Source: Bacteroidota bacterium
GTDB taxonomy: Bacteria > Bacteroidota > Bacteroidia > JABDFU01
Reading direction: 5' to 3'
Length of the DNA stretch: 64,000 bases
Assembly (NCBI GenBank): GCA_013286385.1
Contig: JABDFU010000005.1
Span: forward strand, 8,651-72,650
Shown here: positions 21,162 to 28,928 of the stretch, in pieces
Layout of the letters: every line of letters starts with the position of its first letter
Position numbering within the stretch: position 1 is the first letter of the stretch
Position numbers and translations under genes: made by a program
Notes under the pieces: generated by a model
What the model was told of the DNA's origin: nothing
Database searches by the model: none
What the model saw: the letters and a program-made list of their open reading frames with translations, nothing else

Positions 21162-22282
21162 TCAAATCTTCCTTTCATTTTCAAAAAAGGAGTTTCGAAA
21201 TACCGGTAACTTAAAGCTCCTGCACCCAATGTCAAAGCAAACGAAACGCCATAAATCAAAATATTCTTAAGGATTAAACTACTCTCCAAAAAACAACTTT
21301 GAACTAATTTTGAAACAGAACTGATTATCGCCATATGTGCAATATAGAACCCATATGATATTTTTCCCAGGTAAGCCAGGTACTGGTTGTCAAATGACAA
21401 GATGGATTTATCACCGGCAATATTCATCGCTAAACAGCTTAAAAGGAATGCATAGAGGGTGTTTGACACATAGTGAAAAAAGTAACTACAAATATGCATC
21501 CCGATAATAGAGGCAAAACAAACCAGTTGAAATTTCACTGAATAGATCAGGGAATTGTACTTGTTGTTTAGGAAAAGATAGGCTACTATACCGGCAGCAG
21601 CCATGCATTCGATCCTGAAATAATACAAATACTTGTCAATAAGGTCAGCCCAGAATCTGACCGATGGATCTGAAATATACCCTTTAAAATAATGATAGCC
21701 CGACTTAATGAATAAAAGAGCCAGAATTAAATAAGTTGAAAACCGAATCATTCTTTTAGAGTAACGCAAGATGACCGGCCAGATCAGGTAAAACTGCTCC
21801 TCCACACCAATTGTCCAGGTATGCGACAGAAAAGGAATTAAAACGATCAGATAAGCGATGTTTGGCATTCCAATAAAATGGAGAATCATGATCTTTAGGG
21901 CAGAATGGTTCATATATGAAAATTGTGGCCAGGGAAATGAAAAAAAATCATTTCCCCAAAAGAAAATAACTGCGATAAATAAATACAAATAATACAAAGG
22001 CCAGATTCTCAAGGCTCTCCTTTTATAAAATTTTAGCACTTCAATTTTACCGTGATCACGTCTCTCCTTTAACAACAAATAGGTGATCAAAAACCCACTC
22101 AAGACAAAAAAGCCGGTAATCGTCAGTTCACCGAAATTGGTCCGAACAAAAAAATCATAGGCATTGGAAATTCCAACTACGGCTTTTACCATTTCAACGT
22201 GATAAATAAAGGCAAACAACGTTAATACAGCCCTGAATCCATCCAGACCTAAAAAGTAATTTTTATTGACACTCGTATTCAT
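21158..22282 (-). CDS. Acyltransferase family 3 membrane protein, second copy
   Basis: 374 aa. Motifs: GLDGFRAVLTLFAFIYH and WTIGVEEQFYLIWP. ATGA overlaps at both ends. Confidence 0.8.
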   Translation of the reverse strand: MNTSVNKNYFLGLDGFRAVLTLFAFIYHVEMVKAVVGISNAYDFFVRTNFGELTITGFFVLSGFLITYLLLKERRDHGKIEVLKFYKRRALRIWPLYYLYLFIAVIFFWGNDFFSFPWPQFSYMNHSALKIMILHFIGMPNIAYLIVLIPFLSHTWTIGVEEQFYLIWPVILRYSKRMIRFSTYLILALLFIKSGYHYFKGYISDPSVRFWADLIDKYLYYFRIECMAAAGIVAYLFLNNKYNSLIYSVKFQLVCFASIIGMHICSYFFHYVSNTLYAFLLSCLAMNIAGDKSILSFDNQYLAYLGKISYGFYIAHMAIISSVSKLVQSCFLESSLILKNILIYGVSFALTLGAGALSYRYFETPFLKMKGRFE

Positions 22283-23403
22283 TTGAAAGCAACTATATTC
22301 TCAAATTGCTGTGTCAGAACATCAAAATTATATCGTTCAATCATGTTCCGATACCCTTTTTCAACCATAGGGCCGTTCAGGGTATCATTTTTCAGAATAG
22401 TCCTGATCGCTTCCAGATACTCATCGCGGGTAGTTGCAAAATGAACGGCTCCCCCTGCTATTTTCTTCAGTTCAGCCGTTGGACTCGCAACGACCGGCTT
22501 TTTAAACGTCCAGTAATCAAAAAGTTTAATCGGACAGGTCGAATCATTGAGTTTATTCAGTTTCAACGGAAGAATACCCAAAACTGTTTCGCTCATCAGC
22601 GTCGAAAACAATTCAGCTCCGGCATTGCCCTTAACATGCACATTGGAATACCACGCCGATTTTTCCAGCAGGGACTCATACAACTCGCCCTCCCCGTAAA
22701 TATTCAGTTCCAGCTCAGGCAGTTCCTGAAAAACAGCAAAAAGCAATTCAAAATCGTAGCAATCCCTGAGCGAAGAGATGAAATTTACGGTCTTTTTGCC
22801 TGACGCATTGAAGATATGACCAGCCTCGTCAGACCGGTCGGCCTGGTTCCTTATAAACTCCATCGTCTTGCCATTGGGAACCACATGAACATTTTCACTG
22901 TAATGCAAAAAGTTCAGAGCCTGGCAGTCGCTCGTTGAAACGATGGCATAGGAAAACCTTCCCAAAACCGGTTTTGCAATAAACCGGTAGAACAATTTCA
23001 GCACCTTGCCGCTCAGCACCTCCTCCCAGTCATCAGTGACGACAAACACAAACCTCAGGCCCTTGAGTCTACAATAAATGCAGAGCAGCAGACTCATCAG
23101 GTGCTCATAGGACACCACAGCGTCAGGACGCCATTTGATCGCCTGACGCACATTGTCCATACTTTCATAGCAAAAAAGAAAAACAGACTTGGGCAATTTA
23201 CTGAAACGTTCAATCACCTGCACCTTTCCCGGATTTTTCTGCGAAAGTGACCTCAACCGTACCGAACCCTTTTCCCAGTTTTTATAGCGGACGGGGTTCA
23301 CGTAAATACAGCTATGTTCCTGAAGGGAAAAACGTTGAGCAAGCTCCTGTTCCTGCAACAAATAATAATCCCAAACAACTGGCGAAAAAAACAGATATTT
23401 CAT
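22279..23403 (-). CDS. GT-B fold glycosyltransferase (GT4-like)
   Basis: The track ORF starts at 23439. The ATG at 23403 (MKYLFFSPVVWDY) forms an ATGA overlap with the upstream gene's stop. The C-terminal half resembles a GT-B sugar-donor domain (NIYGEGELYESL...FDYWTFKKPVVASP). Confidence 0.65.
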   Translation of the reverse strand: MKYLFFSPVVWDYYLLQEQELAQRFSLQEHSCIYVNPVRYKNWEKGSVRLRSLSQKNPGKVQVIERFSKLPKSVFLFCYESMDNVRQAIKWRPDAVVSYEHLMSLLLCIYCRLKGLRFVFVVTDDWEEVLSGKVLKLFYRFIAKPVLGRFSYAIVSTSDCQALNFLHYSENVHVVPNGKTMEFIRNQADRSDEAGHIFNASGKKTVNFISSLRDCYDFELLFAVFQELPELELNIYGEGELYESLLEKSAWYSNVHVKGNAGAELFSTLMSETVLGILPLKLNKLNDSTCPIKLFDYWTFKKPVVASPTAELKKIAGGAVHFATTRDEYLEAIRTILKNDTLNGPMVEKGYRNMIERYNFDVLTQQFENIVAFK

Positions 23404-24455
23404 TTCAGGTAACTGTAAACTGTAGCTAGTACATTGCAATAGTTCTCCAATGAATAAACTTTTGAGTTTTCTATCCCGTTTTCTATAAGTCGTGCCCTTA
23501 TCTTCGGATCGTCACGCACTCTTCTGATAGCTGAAACCAATTCCTCTGCACTACCGGGTGCGAATAACAAGGCATTCCAGTCATCCGAAACAACCTCATT
23601 TAAACCATCCGTATTGCTTGCAATAACGGGAATGCCCATTGCCTGTGCTTCAATGGCAACCATCCACATTGGTTCGTAATGGGAAGGTAAAACGAAACAG
23701 TTAAGTCCCGAATAGAAAACACTCATCTCCTCCACAAACCCGGCAACTGAAACATTCGACAATCCGAATTTTTGAATCGTCTCTGTAATGTTAACCCTGT
23801 CCTTTCCTTCACCCGCAATTATAAATTGAAAAGACAATTCTGACCGCGATTGTCTTGCTGCCTCCAGGAATTCCTCCCACCCTTTTCCCTTGACCAGGCG
23901 GCCTGCAAAACCAATTCTGAAATCCGAAATTGAATCCCTCAATTTGCCCGGCCTAAACCGTTTTGGATCAACAAAATTGTAAAGGACTGTAACATTTGAA
24001 GAACTGACTTTAATTTTATTTACAAGTATTTTCTTTAAAAAACCGGAACAGGTGATAAACACAGACGCTTCATTCCTGGCCATTTTTAATACAGCAGCCG
24101 ACAATCTTCTGTTTGCTATAATGTCCCCGTGTTCATGGATGACAAACTTAAGGTCTCTGAAAAAAAAACGCTTCAATATATATCCGAACAAATGCGACCG
24201 CAAAAGATGACAATGCAAAACACCGATTTGATTGTCTTTAATATATTTTCGCAGACTTAAAATTGGGATTAAACTATACCTGCTGAATGAATTATAAACA
24301 ACTACATTTTTATGCTGAATGACAAGTTGAGGAGATGACCTCCGTAAAACGTAAAGATAAATGTCCGTATTGGCCTCCTGATTTTCAAAATAACACCTCT
24401 GCATGGTCTGTGCACCGCCAAGCCAAAGCGTATCAATCAGGTGCAGGACTTTCAT
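23400..24455 (-). CDS. Family 4 (GT-B) glycosyltransferase
   Basis: 351 aa. MKVLHLIDTLWLGGAQ N-terminus, GRLVKGKGWEEFL, EPMWMVAIEAQAMGIPVIAS (E-x7-E-like motif). Confidence 0.8.
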   Translation of the reverse strand: MKVLHLIDTLWLGGAQTMQRCYFENQEANTDIYLYVLRRSSPQLVIQHKNVVVYNSFSRYSLIPILSLRKYIKDNQIGVLHCHLLRSHLFGYILKRFFFRDLKFVIHEHGDIIANRRLSAAVLKMARNEASVFITCSGFLKKILVNKIKVSSSNVTVLYNFVDPKRFRPGKLRDSISDFRIGFAGRLVKGKGWEEFLEAARQSRSELSFQFIIAGEGKDRVNITETIQKFGLSNVSVAGFVEEMSVFYSGLNCFVLPSHYEPMWMVAIEAQAMGIPVIASNTDGLNEVVSDDWNALLFAPGSAEELVSAIRRVRDDPKIRARLIENGIENSKVYSLENYCNVLATVYSYLK

Positions 24456-24458
24456 CTT

Positions 24459-25619
24459 TTAGTTAATACAGCTTTTAAAAAGATCCGCATACTTGCCAAC
24501 AACCGTTTCCCAGTCGTAGTTAGATTTCAAATCAGCACTAATTCCCTTGTCTGTTAAAGTTCCACTCAGATAGATATCCCGATAGTAGGCATCTAATTTC
24601 GCGGCGATTTGTCCCGGTGATCTGAAATTGACAATAGAAGCATTTACATTTTCTGTAACCAGTTCTCGGATTCCATTCAACGGTGTGGTGATCAGGAAAC
24701 ATCCGCAGGCAAGCGCTTCTAAAACCGAAACAGACATCGCCTCGAAAACTGAAGAAATAACGACAACGCTGGCCGACTGATATTCGCATACCATTTCCTC
24801 CATGGTAATCCAGCCCCTGAATTTTACAAAAGCTCTCATTTTACCTGCTTCTACAAATTTTTCCATTCTTTTTCTAAGTTTACCGTCACCGATTACATGA
24901 ACAAGAAGATTTTTATTTTTTTTTGAATACAGCTCAATTGCTTTCAGAAAAGTAAACGGGTCTTTTTGATCAACCAACCTGCTCGCAAAAATAATTTTAA
25001 ACATCGCCGTTTTCTTGAAATAATCGGGATGAAACGTAGCTGTCGCAATTCCATTTTGAATAATGATGTTTCGCGCAGCGAATTTTCTGCCAATAAAACG
25101 ATCAAGGTTATCCTTCATTTCAATTGTCTGAATAAAATTCAGCTCCGATTCTTTACATATCTTCTTAATTCCAAAGTAAGTGAACAGATGATACCCGAAC
25201 ATTTGCCTGGGAAACATCCACGGAATATCGTGTCCATGAGAAATAAGCGTATACTTCAGCGCAAATTTTTTTTTAAGGTGCAATGCAACTATTCCTCCGG
25301 GTATTGCAAAATTCGCAAAGCACAAATCAAATTTTTCATCCCGACAGTATCGGGAAAGAAATTTTTTACTTGCCCTTATCCATGAAATCATTTCGATAAC
25401 ACCCGACTGGTAGGCTTGCTTTCTTTTTGACTTAAGCCGGATCACTTGAAGATTCGGTGAACCGTATCTTTCAGGTTCATTTTCAAACCAGGTTGTTACA
25501 ACAACAACTTTATTGTTCAACCCTGCCAGTCTTTCAGCTATATTTTGAGTGATTACTCCGGCTCCCCCGCCCAGCGGAGGATATTCATAATTTAAAATCA
25601 GGAGTCTCATTGCTTTCAA
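24459..25619 (-). CDS. Family 4 (GT-B) glycosyltransferase
   Basis: 386 aa. LLILNYEYPPLGGGAG N-terminus; C-terminal SSVFEAMSVSVLEALACGCFLITT. Confidence 0.8.
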   Translation of the reverse strand: MKAMRLLILNYEYPPLGGGAGVITQNIAERLAGLNNKVVVVTTWFENEPERYGSPNLQVIRLKSKRKQAYQSGVIEMISWIRASKKFLSRYCRDEKFDLCFANFAIPGGIVALHLKKKFALKYTLISHGHDIPWMFPRQMFGYHLFTYFGIKKICKESELNFIQTIEMKDNLDRFIGRKFAARNIIIQNGIATATFHPDYFKKTAMFKIIFASRLVDQKDPFTFLKAIELYSKKNKNLLVHVIGDGKLRKRMEKFVEAGKMRAFVKFRGWITMEEMVCEYQSASVVVISSVFEAMSVSVLEALACGCFLITTPLNGIRELVTENVNASIVNFRSPGQIAAKLDAYYRDIYLSGTLTDKGISADLKSNYDWETVVGKYADLFKSCIN

Positions 25620-27080
25620 TTAATCGGGCTTATCTGTTTTAGCCGCCGAACTTTGCTTTACGATAGAATCCAAAAAAGAATCCAGCAGCTCCACATTCAT
25701 TGTCCGGTTGCACAGAATTTTTTTTTCGGAATCCAGAATGAAAAGCTTAGGCGTCTCCGTGATATTGAACAAGTTGCGGTATTCATCAATTCCGCCCGGC
25801 TCAAAAACATTGTTCCAATCCAGCTGTTTTTGTTGAATGTACTTTTTCCACTCCTCCTCATTATTCTCGGTACAGACAGCAAAAACTTCAGCCCCCCTGG
25901 CTTTGCCCGATTTATGATACCAATCCCGCAACTGAGGTGTAATCACCTGGCAATGGGGACAGGCGTAATTCCAGAAATAAAGTAGGGTAAACCGGGCATG
26001 TACACCATAAAGATGAACCGGCAGATGGGCACTGTCCTGTCCGTTCACGTCAGATGCAAATTTTCCTATCAGCAAATTCTTCAGGGTCCGCGCCTGATGC
26101 ATAAGTCTGGCTGTTTCCGAATTGCTGGACCAATAACATTGTCCCGTAGCATAATACTTGTCCACCATATGAACGAACACTCCTTCCATGCCCAAAACGG
26201 GCATGGTTTCATAGGTAGACGTTATCCAGTAAACCGCGAATTTAAAGGTCTCCTTTCCTGCCCTGGCCCTCCCGACGACCAAATCAGCAGCGGCGCAGAG
26301 CGAATCCGGAGTTTGAACAGTCAGGTTGTTCATGTATATTTTCAGGGCATTAACCAAAATAGGTGTGCGCAACAATCGCTCATCTGAAAAATCGTAATTA
26401 TCCAGATAGTGGGCGTGCAAATACATTCCGTCAGACTGTGAATCCGGAATCGAAATATCATCCAGCGCATTGTACATCTTTTCAAGAAGCGTCCGGGGAT
26501 GAAGGGTCACAAAGCTTCTTTTGTAGGTCCTTAGCTCATTCTGAAGTAAAAGCATTTTGCTGCTGATTACAGTTGCCGAATCTGCATTTCCCTTTAAAGC
26601 GCCCAGGCGTCGGGTCAGGTTTCCAAGTTCTACCTGCTTTGCGGTGGTTACTTCAGTATAAGCGTAATAGGCCCTGTTCTCTTCAGAACCTCTGATCTTG
26701 AGATTTTTCAGTAGCCCGTTCAGTTCCGATTCAATACTAAATTCCTGCTCCTGGTCCACAATAAAATCCAGAAGAGGCTGCCTCGAATACAGTAAGGTAT
26801 ACAGTCCGCCTTTCAGTTTTTCTTTCCTTGAAAAAATGATCATTCCCCTGGTATCCGCGTGTGCCGTATCCTCAAGCAGATATTTGTCGGCAAAATGATT
26901 CGCAAGGTAATACACCGAATCCTTCGACAGACCCTTTATGTTAAATTGAATCCTGTATCCGGCTTCATCGACCGAAGAAAAACCAGCCACGGTCTTCACA
27001 AACAAAAATAAACCAGCCAGCACGGCCCGAAAAGGCCATTTTGTTTTAGTCCACAGAATATTTCCACATGCTGTTTGCAA
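25620..27080 (-). CDS. Thioredoxin-fold (TlpA/ResA-like) protein with a large N-terminal domain; first gene of the minus-strand glycosyltransferase operon
   Basis: 486 aa, TTG start, hydrophobic N-terminus. C-terminal redoxin domain with LLYFWNYACPHCQ (CxxC). Its stop directly abuts the next gene's ATG. Confidence 0.7.
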   Translation of the reverse strand: MQTACGNILWTKTKWPFRAVLAGLFLFVKTVAGFSSVDEAGYRIQFNIKGLSKDSVYYLANHFADKYLLEDTAHADTRGMIIFSRKEKLKGGLYTLLYSRQPLLDFIVDQEQEFSIESELNGLLKNLKIRGSEENRAYYAYTEVTTAKQVELGNLTRRLGALKGNADSATVISSKMLLLQNELRTYKRSFVTLHPRTLLEKMYNALDDISIPDSQSDGMYLHAHYLDNYDFSDERLLRTPILVNALKIYMNNLTVQTPDSLCAAADLVVGRARAGKETFKFAVYWITSTYETMPVLGMEGVFVHMVDKYYATGQCYWSSNSETARLMHQARTLKNLLIGKFASDVNGQDSAHLPVHLYGVHARFTLLYFWNYACPHCQVITPQLRDWYHKSGKARGAEVFAVCTENNEEEWKKYIQQKQLDWNNVFEPGGIDEYRNLFNITETPKLFILDSEKKILCNRTMNVELLDSFLDSIVKQSSAAKTDKPD

Positions 27081-27152
27081 CTCTCATTTTACGGGCTAAG
27101 TCCCTCATTGCAATAGTATAAAATTAAGGCCAGATACGTAAATTACTTTGTT

Positions 27153-27160
27153 TATTTTTG
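27153..27160 (+). promoter_or_regulatory. Candidate -7 box (TATTTTTG) for the tandem TMTC-like genes
   Basis: Exact TAnnTTTG match. It sits 1 nt before the track's TTG start (27162) and 16 nt before the in-frame GTG at 27177. Confidence 0.35.
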
Positions 27161-27176
27161 ATTGGTTTCGAACGGG

Positions 27177-28928
27177 GTGAACATTCATAAAAAACATACG
27201 ATAAGAATTTACCTTCTGGTAGCTGTACTGGCTTTGGGAGTTTATGCAAACAGTATTGGCAATGAATATTCCATGGACGATGAATTCGTAACTGCCGACA
27301 ATCCATTGATTCTGAAAGGAATAAAAGCCCTTCCTGAAATTTTCACAACCTATTATTTTAAAAAGGGGAATGAACAGTTCGATTACCGGCCCATGGTGAA
27401 GGCAAGTTTCGCAATAGAATATTCCCTGTTCGGCCGAAACCCGCACATGAGCCATTTCATCAATGTCCTCTTGTATTCCCTGGCCTGCTGCCTGCTTCTG
27501 AAAACCCTCCTGATGTTATTCGGCGAATCCTGTTTGCTCTTTTCCCTGCTGACCGTACTGCTTTTCGCTGTTCATCCCATACACACCGAAGTAGTTTGCA
27601 GCCTTAAAAACAGGGACGTACTACTGACCTTTATCGCATCCATGAGCGCGCTTGTTTTTTGTGCAAAATATTGCATCCGGGGCCAGTGGAAATACCTGAT
27701 CTATGGCGCATTGTTCTTTTTCATCGCAGAACTTTGCAAGTCAGATTCCCTTGCTTACTTTTTCATCATTCCTTTTACGCTCTTTTACTTTAAAAAATGT
27801 ACGTCAAAACAATTAGCAGTTATAGTCGGAGTATTGTTTTTTGCCGCGAGTCTGATGCAGCTTTTGCACTATTATGTAATAGAACCCGGCTCCAGCCATT
27901 GCTTGCTCTATTATGAAAATCCCCTGTTTGAAAACAACAGTTTTGCCCGGCGCCTGCCCGTGGGGTTTTCCACACTGTTGGCCTACCTGCGCCTGCTGAT
28001 TTTGCCCTATCCCCTGATTTGTTACTATGGATTCAACCAGACTCCTGTTTTGGGATGGGACAGCCTGCAGGTCATCGCCGGACTTATACTGACACTTGCA
28101 TTGATGACGTATACCCTGCTGAATTTTAAAAAGAGAGCTCTCCATTTATTTGGCCTGCTTTTTTTTGTCCTTAGTCTTTTTGTTTTTCTCAATATCCTGA
28201 CCCCTGTAACAGGTATCCTTGGCGAAAGGCATGCGTTTGCCGCTTCTTTGGGCTTCTGCGTAATCGTAGTAGCGTTGCTTTTGGGCATTTTCAGACTTAA
28301 CCTCAGTCATCCTGTTGATTCCGGGAACCTTTTTTACCCCTTACGTACGAACAGCAAATTTTCATATAGTTTCGCTGTTCTCCTCCTGCTTTATTCAGGA
28401 CTGACCCTCATCCGCAACCCTGAATGGAAAGACCGGTTTTCACTTTTCAGCCACGACATCCGGTATGCACCCCAATCGGTTCAGCTGCAAAACCTTTTTG
28501 CAGGAGCCTGTCAGCTGAAATACTACGATCCCAAAACCAGCGATGCCGAAAAGTCCCTCGCCATCCGGACGGCGCTCAGTCATTACATGGAATCCCTGAA
28601 AATATATCCCTTGCAGGCACCCGCCAATAACAATATAGGAATTATACTTGCGGGGACTTATCAGCAATTTGATCAGGCACTGCCTTATCTCGAAAAAGCG
28701 GTTGAGCTCCGGGGCGCTCTTCCCGAATACAATTACAATTTAGGCCTCAACTATGCCAACCTCAACCGAAGCCAGGATGCGATAAAATCCCTTAAGAAAT
28801 GCATGGAGCTTGACTCCGGCTACCAGAATGCCTATTCGTTATTGGCCAATATTTACAGCAACATGGGATTGACGGCTGAAGCACAAAATCTGGACAGAAT
28901 TAAAAAACGCCGTTTCCCAAATTCATGA
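27177..28928 (+). CDS. TMTC-like GT-C membrane glycosyltransferase with C-terminal TPR repeats; paralog 3 of 4
   Basis: The track ORF starts at TTG 27162. I prefer GTG 27177 because of the -7 box position and because the resulting N-terminus (MNIHKKHTIRIYLL) aligns with paralog 4 (MKNFGNFRIYIFLF); the start remains uncertain. Motifs: 'YANSIGNEYSMDDE', 'YRPM', 'HPIHTEVVCSLKNRD', then TPR repeats. Confidence 0.75.
   Translation: MNIHKKHTIRIYLLVAVLALGVYANSIGNEYSMDDEFVTADNPLILKGIKALPEIFTTYYFKKGNEQFDYRPMVKASFAIEYSLFGRNPHMSHFINVLLYSLACCLLLKTLLMLFGESCLLFSLLTVLLFAVHPIHTEVVCSLKNRDVLLTFIASMSALVFCAKYCIRGQWKYLIYGALFFFIAELCKSDSLAYFFIIPFTLFYFKKCTSKQLAVIVGVLFFAASLMQLLHYYVIEPGSSHCLLYYENPLFENNSFARRLPVGFSTLLAYLRLLILPYPLICYYGFNQTPVLGWDSLQVIAGLILTLALMTYTLLNFKKRALHLFGLLFFVLSLFVFLNILTPVTGILGERHAFAASLGFCVIVVALLLGIFRLNLSHPVDSGNLFYPLRTNSKFSYSFAVLLLLYSGLTLIRNPEWKDRFSLFSHDIRYAPQSVQLQNLFAGACQLKYYDPKTSDAEKSLAIRTALSHYMESLKIYPLQAPANNNIGIILAGTYQQFDQALPYLEKAVELRGALPEYNYNLGLNYANLNRSQDAIKSLKKCMELDSGYQNAYSLLANIYSNMGLTAEAQNLDRIKKRRFPNS

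Noticed and set aside
27105-27455. 116-aa minus-strand ORF overlapping the start of TMTC-like paralog 3.
   Set aside because: It overlaps a well-supported gene and the divergent promoter region, and has no recognisable features.
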